64,000 nt of DNA from Terriglobia bacterium (GCA_965223005.1 CBDCVK010000010.1:544001-608000); one strand, 5' to 3'; counted from the first letter of the stretch, positions 9,845-21,634 are shown. Notes: generated by a model not told the origin, from the letters alone. Numbers and translations: made by a program.

Positions 9845-10159
9845 CTAGCGCGCGACGCGCTTCACGTGGGCCAATTCCCGGTGCTGCTCAGGCGAGATGA
9901 GCCCCAGTTCCAGCGCTTCATCCAGGATGTAGAGGACTTGGGGCGAGGTGGCAGCGGTGTGGGCGTAGAGGTTCCAATAGCGTTTGGAGCGCATCTGGTG
10001 CTGGTGGATCGCTTCGTCCACCGCAAACACAGTCCCCTCGCCCTCGCGCCAGCGCTGGATCGTCTCCTCCACCGGGGCCAGTGATCCCGCCAGCCGACGC
10101 TCGTGCACCTGCGCAATCACGGCGCGGATGCGCCTCTCCAGGCTTTTGGGAAGCGCCAT
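9845..10159 (-). CDS. Hypothetical helical protein, 104 aa
   Basis: ATG immediately after the gpmI stop; good GC3 codon bias. Confidence 0.65.
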   Translation of the reverse strand: MALPKSLERRIRAVIAQVHERRLAGSLAPVEETIQRWREGEGTVFAVDEAIHQHQMRSKRYWNLYAHTAATSPQVLYILDEALELGLISPEQHRELAHVKRVAR

Positions 10160-10160
10160 C

Positions 10161-11708
10161 TCAGGCGGAACCTGGCAACAGGCGCAGGTCGCTACCACTC
10201 ATCTCTTTCGGCTGTGGCAGGCCGAGCATGCTCAGGACCGTGGGAGCGATGTCGCGCAACGAGCCGTCGGCGCGCAGCTTCCAGGCGGAGGCGCCTTCGG
10301 CGGCGATCAGCAGCGGCACCGGGTTGGTGGTGTGGAAGGTGTGGGGACCACCGCTGGCTGGGTCCACCATGACCTCGGCATTGCCGTGGTCGGCGGTGAC
10401 GATCAGCGCGCCGCCTCTTTGTCGCAGCGCACGGTGAACCCGGCCCAGGCAGGCATCCACCGCTTCGACGGCCCGCGTCGTCGGCTCCAGTTTCCCGGAG
10501 TGGCCCACCATGTCGGCGTTGGCAAAATTGACCACCAGCAAGTCAAAGGAGCCGGCGGCCACCGCCTTCTCCACCGCCTCGGCGATCCCCTCCGCGCTCA
10601 TCTGCGGCATCAGGTCGTAGGTGGCCACCTTGGGGGACGGCACCAGCATGCGCTCCTCCCCGGCATAGGGTTTCTCCACGCCTCCGTTAAAAAAGTAAGT
10701 GACGTGCGCGTATTTTTCCGTCTCGGCCACGCGCAGATTCTTCAAACCCTCAGCGGCCAGGATCTGGGCCAGGATCTTGTCGGAGGATTGGGGCTGGAGC
10801 AGGAAGGGCACGTCCAGGGTCTTGTCGTAGCGGGTCATGCCCACGAAGAACAGGTCGCGGGGCACGGTCGAGCGCGGGGGCTGCTCCAGTTCGGGATCGG
10901 TGAGGGCGCGCGTCATCTGGCGGGCGCGGTCGGCGCGGTAATTGAAGAAGATGACCGCGTCGCCCTCGCGGATGCGAGCCAGCGGCTCGCCGCGTTCGTC
11001 GGTCAGCACGAGCGGTTCGATGAATTCGTCGGTGACGTCGTGCTCGTAACTGGCCCGGACCGCGGCCAGCGGATCGCGGGCGCGGAGGCCTTCGCCCAGC
11101 ACCATGGCGTTGTAGGCGCGCTCGATGCGCGGCCAGCGCTTGTCGCGATCCATGGCGTAGTAGCGCCCGTTGACGGTGGCGAGCTGCCCGACGCCGTAAG
11201 TGCGCATCCGTTGCTGGAGCTGCTCAAGGAACCCGGCGCCGCTGTGAGGCGGCGTATCGCGGCCGTCCATGAAGGCATGGACGAAGGTGCGCTCCACCTT
11301 GTTCTCGGCGGCCATGCGCAGCAGCGCATAGAGGTGCGTCAAGTGAGAGTGAACCCCGCCGTCGCTGACCAGACCCATCAGGTGCAACTGGCGCGGCCGG
11401 GCGCGCTCCATGGCCTGGAGCAGCAGCGGCTGACGAGACAACTCGCCGTTCTCAATCATCAGGTCCAGCCGGGTCACGTCCATGTTGATCACCCGGCCCG
11501 CGCCCATGTTGAGGTGGCCCACTTCGCTGTTGCCCATCTGCCCGTCGGGCAGGCCGACGGCCCGTCCCGAGGTATGGATCAGGGTGTGGGGGAAAGACGA
11601 GGTCAGCTCTTCCCAGGTGGGTTTGCGGGCCAGGGAGATCGCGTTGTTCTCCGCCTTGGGGCTGTGCCCCCACCCATCCAAGATCACCAACACCAGCGGC
11701 CGCGCCAT
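10161..11708 (-). CDS. gpmI: 2,3-bisphosphoglycerate-independent phosphoglycerate mutase
   Basis: [44 protein letters not shown]. Confidence 0.97.
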   Translation of the reverse strand: MARPLVLVILDGWGHSPKAENNAISLARKPTWEELTSSFPHTLIHTSGRAVGLPDGQMGNSEVGHLNMGAGRVINMDVTRLDLMIENGELSRQPLLLQAMERARPRQLHLMGLVSDGGVHSHLTHLYALLRMAAENKVERTFVHAFMDGRDTPPHSGAGFLEQLQQRMRTYGVGQLATVNGRYYAMDRDKRWPRIERAYNAMVLGEGLRARDPLAAVRASYEHDVTDEFIEPLVLTDERGEPLARIREGDAVIFFNYRADRARQMTRALTDPELEQPPRSTVPRDLFFVGMTRYDKTLDVPFLLQPQSSDKILAQILAAEGLKNLRVAETEKYAHVTYFFNGGVEKPYAGEERMLVPSPKVATYDLMPQMSAEGIAEAVEKAVAAGSFDLLVVNFANADMVGHSGKLEPTTRAVEAVDACLGRVHRALRQRGGALIVTADHGNAEVMVDPASGGPHTFHTTNPVPLLIAAEGASAWKLRADGSLRDIAPTVLSMLGLPQPKEMSGSDLRLLPGSA

Positions 11709-11718
11709 TGTTTTCTCG

Positions 11719-13080
<1,362 letters not shown>

Positions 13081-14334
13081 TCACTCGACGACGAACGCAA
13101 GTTCTTCCCCGAACTCCCGCGAGGCAGCCTCCCGCGGCACCACCACAATCCCCGAGTCGGTGACATGATAGCCGCGGGCCTGGTCCTGCTCCAAGTTAAA
13201 CCCGATCTCACTGTTCTCCGGAATCTGCACGTCGCGGTCAATGATCGCCCGGCGGATACGGCTGTAGCGTCCAACGTTCACCCCGGAGAACAGGATCGAG
13301 CTGTCGACCTCGGAGTAGCTGTTGATGCGCACCGAGTGCGACAGCACGCTGCTGATCACGCGGCCACCACTGACAATGCAACCCGAGCCGACGATGGAAT
13401 TCATGGCAACACCCACGCGGTGGCCTTCGTCGGCAAACACGAACTTGGCGGGAGGCGATTGCGGCTGGTAAGTCCGGATGGGCCAATGCTCATCGTAAAG
13501 GTTGAACACCGGGCTCACCGCCACCAGGTCCATGTTGGCTTCGTAGTAAGCGTCGAGGGTCCCCACGTCGCGCCAGTAAAGCTCTTTCTTGTTCTCATCA
13601 ATGAAGTCGAAGGCATGGACGCGGTACTGCCCAATGGCTCGCGGCAGGATATCATGGCCGAAATCGTGCGCGGAGGTGGCATCCTCGGCGTCCTGGCGCA
13701 GCGCTTCGACGAGCACCTGAGTATTGAAGACGTAGATGCCCATGGAGGCGCTGATCATCTCCGGATTATACGGGGAGCGCGACTGCGGAACCGCCGGCTT
13801 CTCCTCGAACCCGTTCACGCGCCCGTCGCCGTCCACCTCGACCACCCCGAAGCGGTAGGCCTGCTCGGCCTTTTCCTGAATCGTGCCCACCGTAATCTCG
13901 GCTCCGGACCGCACGTGCTGGGCCACCATCCTGGCATAATTCATCTTGTAGATGTGGTCGGCGGCCAGAACCAGTGCGTAGCGCGGCTCTTCCTGTCCTA
14001 CGATGCTGTACAGGTTTTGATAGACGGCGTCGGCGGTCCCCAGATACCAATCTTCACTGATCCGCTTCGTGGGCGGCAGGACCTCGATGAACTCGCCCAA
14101 CTGCGGCGCCAAGATGCTCCAACCCTCGCGGAGGTGGCGATTGAGCGACAGCGCCTTGTACTGAGTCAAGATGAAGATGCGGCGCAGTCCGGAATTAATG
14201 CAATTGCTGAGGGTAATATCAATGATGCGGTAGCTGCCCCCAAAAGTGACGGCTGGCTTGGCGCGGTCACGGGTCAGCGGGTATAGCCGCTCGCCGGCGC
14301 CTCCCGCCAGCAGAAGAGTCAACACCTGATTCAT
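13081..14334 (-). CDS. glgC: Glucose-1-phosphate adenylyltransferase
   Basis: LAGGAGERLYPLT..RAKPAV, GTADAV, FEEKP, DFGHD, YWRDVGT; start moved to ATG 14334. Confidence 0.96.
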   Translation of the reverse strand: MNQVLTLLLAGGAGERLYPLTRDRAKPAVTFGGSYRIIDITLSNCINSGLRRIFILTQYKALSLNRHLREGWSILAPQLGEFIEVLPPTKRISEDWYLGTADAVYQNLYSIVGQEEPRYALVLAADHIYKMNYARMVAQHVRSGAEITVGTIQEKAEQAYRFGVVEVDGDGRVNGFEEKPAVPQSRSPYNPEMISASMGIYVFNTQVLVEALRQDAEDATSAHDFGHDILPRAIGQYRVHAFDFIDENKKELYWRDVGTLDAYYEANMDLVAVSPVFNLYDEHWPIRTYQPQSPPAKFVFADEGHRVGVAMNSIVGSGCIVSGGRVISSVLSHSVRINSYSEVDSSILFSGVNVGRYSRIRRAIIDRDVQIPENSEIGFNLEQDQARGYHVTDSGIVVVPREAASREFGEELAFVVE

Positions 14335-14576
14335 GTCGTTTCCGGCCAGAGGACCTTCTTGCCCAGGCTGGTTCGGGCAGCGTTCACCGCAACTCCCTCC
14401 GGCGGCCTGGGCCGACAGGGTGCGCCAAGCGGAAAATCCCCTCGCTAGCTTACCGCACAACATGGTTTCAAAGCCACGCCCAGCAACCCGAAACCCGTCC
14501 ACAACTCCAGCGGGTTTCGCCTGCTGCTATTCGATTTCAGATCTGTCACTTACAAACAAGACGGCGCAGAATTCCC

Positions 14577-14604
14577 TTGACTTCAGTCGGTAAACGCCTA
14601 TGAT
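14577..14604 (+). promoter_or_regulatory. Putative sigma70 promoter of rpsU
   Basis: TTGACT-16 nt-TATGAT. Confidence 0.55.
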
Positions 14605-14649
14605 TAGCTACCGAAGCTAACTCTACAGTAGCGAGGAGGTGTTTTCCGA

Positions 14650-14847
14650 GTGGCCGAAATCAGGGTGCAAGAGGGAGAATCCCTTGAGAACGCCCTGCGC
14701 CGGTTCAAAAGGAAGGTGCAGCAGGAAGATATTATTAAGGAAGTCAGGCGGCATTCCTTCTATTTGAAACCCGGCGAAAAGCGTCGAACGAAGCAAGCCT
14801 TGGCCAGGAAGCGAAACCGCAAGAAGATGCGGCGCGAACAAGAGTAG
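14650..14847 (+). CDS. rpsU: 30S ribosomal protein bS21
   Basis: GESLENALRRFKRKV...FYLKPGEKRR; GAGGAGG RBS, GTG start. Confidence 0.96.
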   Translation: MAEIRVQEGESLENALRRFKRKVQQEDIIKEVRRHSFYLKPGEKRRTKQALARKRNRKKMRREQE

Positions 14848-15146
14848 CGTCGCCAAGTATGGGTTCTCCGTTCTCTGTGCTGTTGTTTGAACTGGCTAAC
14901 AACCCAGGTCGCCGTGGGCAGCGTGCTGCGCCCCTGGGGTAAGTGAATGCTTCCGGGAGTTGCATATTCTTCAAGCTGTTTACAGGTTTCCCGCGGGCGG
15001 GAAAAAGGCAACCCAAAGGCTGGCAGCACCTTGCGGGGGGATTTTTGTCCCGATTCGGCTCCCTTCTCAAAGCAGAGCTGGGCGCCGAACAGGTCGGAGC
15101 TGCTGGCCGATGACTCGAAACATGGGCTAGAGGGGGCGTGTGTCCA

Positions 15147-15449
15147 ATGGTCGAATACGCGGACAGGATCTTGAACTGCGTGGATTGCGGTGCGGAGTTC
15201 GTCTTCACCGCCGGGGAACAACTGTTTTTCGCCGACAAAAACTTTAAGAACGAACCAAAACGCTGCAAGGCGTGCAAGGGCAAACGAAATACCGCCTTGG
15301 GGGGTGCCGGCCACGTCCGGGTGGAAACCACCACAAAGTGTCATAATTGTGGGAGAGAAACCACCGTTCCTTTCAAGCCCACTCAGGGGCGTCCGGTCTA
15401 CTGCCGGGAGTGCTACCAGCAACGTCGCACGGCCTCGGCGGCAGTCTGA
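15147..15449 (+). CDS. Zinc-ribbon protein (zf-trcl-like + CxxC-x17-CxxC domain)
   Basis: DRILNCVDCGAEFVFTAGEQ..FKNEPKRCKAC and CHNC..VPFKPTQGRPVYCREC. Confidence 0.88.
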   Translation: MVEYADRILNCVDCGAEFVFTAGEQLFFADKNFKNEPKRCKACKGKRNTALGGAGHVRVETTTKCHNCGRETTVPFKPTQGRPVYCRECYQQRRTASAAV

Positions 15450-15544
15450 AGTCGTACCCTGGCTAATTCAAGGTTGCCGACAACCTCTTAAGGTGACTGC
15501 TCTGTTGACGGTCGCTGGGGCTCATCCCATCTAGAATCAAAAAC

Positions 15545-16918
15545 ATGCCCAGCTTTTTCGTGCAAAACTTTGGCTGCCGAGCTACCCAGGCCGATGGCGC
15601 GGCCCTGGAGCACGAACTGGCGACTCGCGGCTTGGCCCGCGCCGCCGAGGCCCGTACGGCGGACTTGGTGGTGCTAAATACCTGCACGGTGACTGCCTCG
15701 GCCGACGAGGATGCCCGCCAGGCCATCCGACGCCAGTTCCGCAACAATCCCGGTTGCCGCATCCTGGTCACTGGCTGCTATGCCCAGCGCGCGCCGAACG
15801 AGCTGGCTGCGCTTCCCGGAGTGACCTGGGTGGTCGGGAATTCGCACAAGACCCGGATCGGGGAGATTGTGGCGGGCAGCGAAACTCAGGTGCCTTTGTC
15901 GGCGCTCGGCAGGGCGCCAGCCCCGACAGCTTCGCCAGATCCGGAAGCTCCGCCAGATCCGGAAACTCCGCAGGTCATCACCGGGGACATCTTCGCCCAC
16001 ACCCAGCTGCTGGCAGCGCCCGTTTTTGGCGCCGGGGCCGAGCGCACCCGGCCGAACGTGAAAATTCAGGACGGGTGCAACAACCGCTGCTCGTTCTGCA
16101 TCATCCCCGCAGTGCGCGGGCGCAGTCGAAGCCTGCGGCCGGAGGCCGTCCTCGCGCAGGTGCGCGCGCTGGAGCGCGCCGGCTACCGCGAGATTGTCCT
16201 CACCGGCATCAACCTGGGCCGCTACGGCCGCGACCTGGAGCCCCGCCTTAGTTTCCTGGCCATGATGCGCGCCATCCTGAGCGAGACGGTAATCGAGCGC
16301 ATCCGACTCAGCTCGGTCGAGCCGCTGGACTTTACCAACGAGCTTCTGGAGCTGATGGCCAGCTCCTCCCGGATCGCCCGGCACGTGCACGCACCGCTGC
16401 AAAGCGGCTCGGACCGCGTACTGCGCCGCATGCGCCGCCGCTACCGCACCGCGCACTATGAGCAACGCCTGTGGCGTGCGCACCAACTGCTGCCCGAGGC
16501 AGCCTTCGGTGCCGACGTAATGGTCGGCTTCCCCGGAGAAACCGACGAGGACTTTGAGCAGACCCGGGCGTTAGTAGAGCGCCTGCCCTTCACCTACCTG
16601 CACGTGTTCACCTACTCGCGCCGAGAGGGGACTCCGGCCGCTGCGATGGCGGATCAGGTGCCCGCCCGCGTGGCCCGGGAGCGCAACCGCCTCTTGCGCG
16701 AGCTGGCCGCGCGGAAGAATCTGGAATTTCGCCGTCGCCAGGTGGGGCGCCTCCTGGCGGTCATCACGCTTGAGGGCAGCTCGCTTGGGGGCAACCCGGC
16801 TCTCAGCGACAACTACCTGAAGGTTCGCCTGCGCGGATCGCGGCTCGGGCCCAACCGCCTCGTGGAGGCACTGATCACTGACGTCGAAGAACCAGGCCTG
16901 GCGGGCGTGGTCTTCTAG
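15545..16918 (+). CDS. mtaB: tRNA t6A37 methylthiotransferase (radical SAM)
   Basis: NFGCR, NTCTVT, VTGCYAQ, KIQDGCNNRCSFC (CxxxCxxC), VGFPGET. Confidence 0.88.
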   Translation: MPSFFVQNFGCRATQADGAALEHELATRGLARAAEARTADLVVLNTCTVTASADEDARQAIRRQFRNNPGCRILVTGCYAQRAPNELAALPGVTWVVGNSHKTRIGEIVAGSETQVPLSALGRAPAPTASPDPEAPPDPETPQVITGDIFAHTQLLAAPVFGAGAERTRPNVKIQDGCNNRCSFCIIPAVRGRSRSLRPEAVLAQVRALERAGYREIVLTGINLGRYGRDLEPRLSFLAMMRAILSETVIERIRLSSVEPLDFTNELLELMASSSRIARHVHAPLQSGSDRVLRRMRRRYRTAHYEQRLWRAHQLLPEAAFGADVMVGFPGETDEDFEQTRALVERLPFTYLHVFTYSRREGTPAAAMADQVPARVARERNRLLRELAARKNLEFRRRQVGRLLAVITLEGSSLGGNPALSDNYLKVRLRGSRLGPNRLVEALITDVEEPGLAGVVF

Positions 16919-16948
16919 GCCAACCAAGACAAGTAAGGTCCCGAGCCT

Positions 16949-17326
16949 TCAATCTTCCAGGATCACCTGGGCCACGGCCTGCGTCTGGGTGTGGGTGAGC
17001 GATAAGGCGACGTTGCGCACCTTGTGCTTCTGGGCGATGCGCGCGGCCACTCCCGAAAGCCGCAGTTCCGGTTTCCCCCCGCGCTGGTTCACCACCTCCA
17101 GGTCACGCCACCGCACGCCGCCCCGCCAGCCGACCCCCAGGGCTTTCATGCCAGCCTCCTTGGCCGCAAAGCGGGCGGCGTAACGCTCGAAGCGATTCTT
17201 GTGGCGCTCGCAGTATTCGATCTCGCGCGCGGTGAAGACGCGCTCCAGAAAGCGCTGGCCGTGCCGGGTCACAGCCTGTTCCAGGCGCGCAACCTCGGCC
17301 ACGTCAATGCCGGTGCCGACGATCAT
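16949..17326 (-). CDS. acpS: Holo-[acyl-carrier-protein] synthase
   Basis: GTGIDVAE, ARFAAKEAGMKALG, LSLTH. Confidence 0.93.
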   Translation of the reverse strand: MIVGTGIDVAEVARLEQAVTRHGQRFLERVFTAREIEYCERHKNRFERYAARFAAKEAGMKALGVGWRGGVRWRDLEVVNQRGGKPELRLSGVAARIAQKHKVRNVALSLTHTQTQAVAQVILED

Positions 17327-17418
17327 TTTGTTCCCAAGAACTTCACCCCAAGCACTTCATGAGGCTGCGAGCTATTATAACGAGCAGGATGGCCAGCGGC
17401 GACTGCGCGCCGCCAGTG

Positions 17419-18422
17419 ATGGGACAACCTTCGAGCTTTAAGATCACAAAGACGCTGCTGGTTGCCCGCTCTTGGCAGCGGCTACCGGCGGTTGTGCACG
17501 GCTTCAGCACGCGCCACAGCTCGCGCCGGGATTTCTTTGCTCGCGTGGCCTCAGACCGAAACCGAGAAAGAGCTACGGCCGGTTGAATTGCGCCAGATCC
17601 ACTCGGCGACGGTACGGACCATCGATGTTGTGCCGGAGTGCGCCTCCCGGTGGGCGACGCCCTGGCAGGAGAAGTTCTTCCCAATTCTTTGCTCGCGTGG
17701 CCTCAGGGGAGAAAGGCGCTCTGCTCCTGTTCGCCGTAGACCGGGAGCTACGGCCGGTTGAATTGCGCCAGATTCACTCGGCGACGGTACGGACCATCGA
17801 TGTTGTGCCGGAGCGCCTCCCGGTGGGCGACGCCCAGGTGGGAGACGCCATGGTCACTGCCACGGCCGGTCTGGCGCTGGCGGTGAAGACGGCGGACTGC
17901 CCTCCCATCCTGCTGCTGGATCCGGTGGCGAGAGCCGTGGGCATCGTGCATGCCGGCTGGCGCGGCACGGTGCGCCGCATCACCGAAAAAACTGTCGGCA
18001 CGATGCGCGCTCACTACCGCGCCGTCCCTTCGCGGATGCGCGCAGTCATCGGACCGGGAATCCGGGTCTGCTGCTATCAGGTGGGCGAGGAAGTGCTGGA
18101 GCAGTTCCGTTCTCAGTTCCCTTACGCTGAGGAACTGTTCTCGGGTCTGGAGCCGGAAAACCCCGCCGATACCCTGCTGCCACGGCAGATCATGAGAGAT
18201 CGCATCTCGATCATGCGCACACTCAACCCCGCCACCGCCTACCTTGACCTGGAGGAGGCCAACCGCAGGCAGTTGCTGGCGTCGGGGCTGAGGCCGAAGA
18301 ACATCGTCACCGGGGCGCCTTGCACCGCTTGTCGCACCGACCTTCTCTACTCTTACCGCCGTGAAGGGACTGCCGCCGGCCGGCTCTACGCTATGATCGC
18401 CCTCCGCCCGGGTAGGAAATAG
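17419..18422 (+). pseudogene. pgeF: PgeF/YfiH (polyphenol-oxidase-like / purine nucleoside phosphorylase) family gene, frameshifted by an imperfect internal duplication (possibly an assembly artefact)
   Basis: HGFSTR in one frame (17419-17586); LRQIHS, TADC.PILL, HAGWRG, IGPGI, CTAC, YSYRR in another frame; duplicated block 17533-17662 / 17685-17835. Confidence 0.75.
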
Positions 18423-18454
18423 TCGCTCGGTCCCGCGTGCTATACTCGCGGCCG

Positions 18455-19756
18455 ATGGCGCTGCGCGGTGACATTGTGCCGCGGCTGGGTGAGTTGGTTG
18501 GTCCGGAACACGTGGCTGGTGACACCGTTTTCCCCGGCACCGCTGAGGAAGTCGCCGCCGTGCTCTCGCTGGCCAACACCGAGCACCTCCGCGTCATCCC
18601 GGCGGGAGGCTCCTCGCAGCAGGAGCTGGGCGCAGCGCTCACCGGCACCGACCTGACCGTGTGCCTGCGGCGCCTGAACCACCTCAAGCAGTACGAACCG
18701 GCGGACCTGACCGCCAGCATGGAAGCAGGTCTGACGGTGGCTGAGCTTTCCGCCGCTCTGGCCCCGCACCGGCAGTGGCTCCCGCTGGGGGTCACCCGCC
18801 CCGAACGTGCCACCATCGGTGGCGCGCTCGCGACCAACTCCAGCGGCCCATTCCGCCTCTTCTACGGCACCGCGCGCGACATGGTGATCGGGATGCACTT
18901 CGCCACCGTCGAAGGGAAGCTGGTGAAGAGCGGCGGCATGGTGGTGAAAAACGTCGCGGGCTACGACATGGCCAAGCTCATGATCGGTTCGCTGGGGACG
19001 CTGGCCGTCATCACTGACGTGACTCTTAAGCTGTTCCCACGCCCCGCTACCGAAACCAGCGTGCTGGTGTTCGGCTCGCTGGCCCATGCGCTGGAGGCGC
19101 GAGGCGCGATCCTGAGGTCGGTGTTCTCGCCACTGGCCCTGGACCTGCTGGACAGCGCAGCCGCCTCGCTGGTGAGCCAAGCCGCTGGCCGGCAGTTACC
19201 GCGCGGCAAGTTTCTGCTGGCGGTGGCCTACGGCGGCGTAGAACGCGTGATCGAGCGCAGCCGCCGCGAGGTAGCCGCACTGGGCCGGGACGCCGGCGCC
19301 ATCGACTCCGACACCCTGGCCGGCGAGCAGGAGTATCACCTGTGGCAGGCCGTTTGCGACCTGCCGGCGACCTTCTCTGCCGCCCATCCACACAGCGCCC
19401 GCCTTAAGCTCTCCTCGACACTGGTAGGGATGCAACCCCTGCTGGAGACCGCCTTAGGCGACCTGCGCCGGCAAGGGGCGGAAACGGCGCTGGTCGCGCG
19501 CGCAGGTTCCGGCGTATCCTACCTGTACGTCTTTGGCTTGTCCGTCAGTGGGACGGACCTGCTCGGGTTTTGCCGAAACACTCAGCAGGTGGCTCTCTCG
19601 CTCGGTGCGCACGTCGTGATTGAATTTGGCCCCCCGCCGATTCAGGCCCAACTGGACGTTTGGGGTCCCCCTCGGGACGACTACGTCATCATGCAGAAAC
19701 TCAAACAGGCCTTCGACCCCAACGGCATCCTCAACCCAGGCCGGTTTGTATGCTGA
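18455..19756 (+). CDS. glcE: FAD-binding oxidoreductase, glycolate oxidase GlcE-like
   Basis: ATIGG, GGMVVKNVAGYDMAKLMIGSLGTL, AFDPNGILNPGR; overlaps glcF. Confidence 0.8.
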   Translation: MALRGDIVPRLGELVGPEHVAGDTVFPGTAEEVAAVLSLANTEHLRVIPAGGSSQQELGAALTGTDLTVCLRRLNHLKQYEPADLTASMEAGLTVAELSAALAPHRQWLPLGVTRPERATIGGALATNSSGPFRLFYGTARDMVIGMHFATVEGKLVKSGGMVVKNVAGYDMAKLMIGSLGTLAVITDVTLKLFPRPATETSVLVFGSLAHALEARGAILRSVFSPLALDLLDSAAASLVSQAAGRQLPRGKFLLAVAYGGVERVIERSRREVAALGRDAGAIDSDTLAGEQEYHLWQAVCDLPATFSAAHPHSARLKLSSTLVGMQPLLETALGDLRRQGAETALVARAGSGVSYLYVFGLSVSGTDLLGFCRNTQQVALSLGAHVVIEFGPPPIQAQLDVWGPPRDDYVIMQKLKQAFDPNGILNPGRFVC

Positions 19757-21132
19757 CCCCTGCAGAGGAAACCACGGTCGGCATCTCTGGCGGCACCTCT
19801 GGCTTCCGGGGTCCCGATCGGCCGCTGTGGGAGGACTACTCCAAATGCATTCATTGCGGGCTGTGCCTGAACCATTGCCCCACCTACCGCGAGCTGGGTG
19901 TGGAAATGGATTCGCCGCGCGGCCGCATCTACCAGATGATCCAGGTGGACCAAGGGCGCCTGCCGCTGGGCGACAACTTCGTAAAGCACATTGACCTGTG
20001 CCTGGATTGTCGCGCCTGCGAAACGGCCTGCCCTTCCGGTGTGCAGTACGGAAGGCTGGTTGAGGCGGCCCGGGCGCAGATCGAACAACGCTACCAGCGG
20101 CCGCTGCTCCAGCGCGCTGTGCGACGTTTCGTCTTCCGGCACCTGCTGAACAGCCCGGCTCTGCTGCAACTGGCTGGCTGGGGCTTGTGGTTCTACCAGG
20201 CTTCCGGCCTACAGAAGATGGTGCGGCGCGCCGACCTGCTGGAACACCTTGGGTTGGCCAGCATCGAGGAATTGTCGCCCCCCGCCGAGCCGCCCTTCTT
20301 TTTCCGCCAGCTCGGCAGGACGTACCCGGCGCAAGGACGGCGTCGCTACCGGGTGGCTCTGTTCGCCGGCTGCATCGCCAACGTCAGCTTCGCCCGGCTG
20401 AACGAAGCCACGGTGCGGGTGCTCACCGCCAACGGGTGCGAGGTCGTCATTCCTCGCGAACAGCTCTGCTGTGGTGCCCTGCACGTCCACGCTGGAGTGC
20501 GCGACGAGGCCCAGCGACTGGCCCGGCGAAACATTAAAGCCTTCCTCGCCGAGCCGTTTGACGCGTTGCTTACCAATGCCGCCGGATGCGGCTCGACGCT
20601 GAAGGAGTACCACGAGCTGCTGGCCGGCGATGAGGAATACGGCGAACGCGCCGCAATTTTTGCGGAGAAGGCGAAGGACGTGACCGAGTTCCTGGCCGAA
20701 GCCGGCTTGGTGCAACCACTGGGAGAAGTGGCTGTACGAGTCACCTACCAGGACCCCTGCCACCTGATGCACGGGCAGCGCGTCCGCTCGGCGCCCCGCG
20801 ACCTGATCCGGCGCGTGCCCGGTCTGGAGTTCCGCGAACTGCCCCTGGCTGAGATTTGCTGCGGCAGCGCCGGCATCTACAATATCGCGCACAACGACCT
20901 GTCCATGGAGCTGCTAGAGAAAAAAATCCAGGCCGTCAACGCCACCGGGGCCGGGCTGGTGCTGACGGCCAACCCGGGCTGCCTGCTGCAGCTTCGCGCT
21001 GGTGTCGCCCGCTGGGGCCACGGCCAGCGCGTGGGGCACGTGGTGGAATTGCTGGATCAGGCGGCTGGCGCTGCCGCAGGGCGGCTGGCAGTCCGCGAGC
21101 GTGTCCCGGCAGCCGGGTCCGGATGGAAATAA
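19750..21132 (+). CDS. glcF: Glycolate oxidase Fe-S subunit
   Basis: CIHCGLCLNHCPTY, CLDCRACETACPSGV, two CCG domains. Confidence 0.88.
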   Translation: MLTPAEETTVGISGGTSGFRGPDRPLWEDYSKCIHCGLCLNHCPTYRELGVEMDSPRGRIYQMIQVDQGRLPLGDNFVKHIDLCLDCRACETACPSGVQYGRLVEAARAQIEQRYQRPLLQRAVRRFVFRHLLNSPALLQLAGWGLWFYQASGLQKMVRRADLLEHLGLASIEELSPPAEPPFFFRQLGRTYPAQGRRRYRVALFAGCIANVSFARLNEATVRVLTANGCEVVIPREQLCCGALHVHAGVRDEAQRLARRNIKAFLAEPFDALLTNAAGCGSTLKEYHELLAGDEEYGERAAIFAEKAKDVTEFLAEAGLVQPLGEVAVRVTYQDPCHLMHGQRVRSAPRDLIRRVPGLEFRELPLAEICCGSAGIYNIAHNDLSMELLEKKIQAVNATGAGLVLTANPGCLLQLRAGVARWGHGQRVGHVVELLDQAAGAAAGRLAVRERVPAAGSGWK

Positions 21133-21134
21133 AG

Positions 21135-21383
21135 ATGAAAGCCAAAGTCTTCGTCACACTCAAGAGTACGGTACTCGATCCCCAGGGTCAGACCATCCTG
21201 GGGGCGCTTCGTGAGCTCGGGTTTTCCGAGGTCGCCGACGTGCGTCAGGGAAAGTATTTTGAAATTGCGCTTTCTGACGGCCTCAGCGAGGACCAAGCCC
21301 GTGAGCAGATCGAACGCATCGCGCGCGACGTGCTGACCAATCCCGTGATCGAACAGTTCTCCTACCAGCTGAACACAGGCTAG
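21135..21383 (+). CDS. purS: Phosphoribosylformylglycinamidine synthase subunit PurS
   Basis: VLDPQG, VRQGKYFEI, LTNPVIE. Confidence 0.95.
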   Translation: MKAKVFVTLKSTVLDPQGQTILGALRELGFSEVADVRQGKYFEIALSDGLSEDQAREQIERIARDVLTNPVIEQFSYQLNTG

Positions 21384-21634
21384 CTGGTCTGCGAAGACAC
21401 CTCCGGGCTGCGAGGGAACGGTTCTTCAGCCGGTCAGGGCACTGGAGCCGACGCGCTCCCAGGGTGCAATTTCGCTATTCCAGGGATTAAATCTTGTTAT
21501 AAGAGGCGGGGGGACGGAAGGCGCCCTTTGTCTTGTATAATGAGGGATTGGCCGGGATGAAAACACCCCGGCTGCCAGCAATCCTCCTAGCCGGACGATT
21601 TAGGAAGGCTCAGGAATTTGGAGAGTTTGGAAAC

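Noticed and set aside
14335-14502. N-terminal extensions in the ORF track (glgC, thiolase, glmS, purS, GT87, pilX)
   Set aside because: Family N-termini and RBS positions indicate later starts; coordinates were trimmed accordingly.
21384-21634. glmS ribozyme
   Set aside because: The conserved core (AGCGCC...GACGAGG) is not found.
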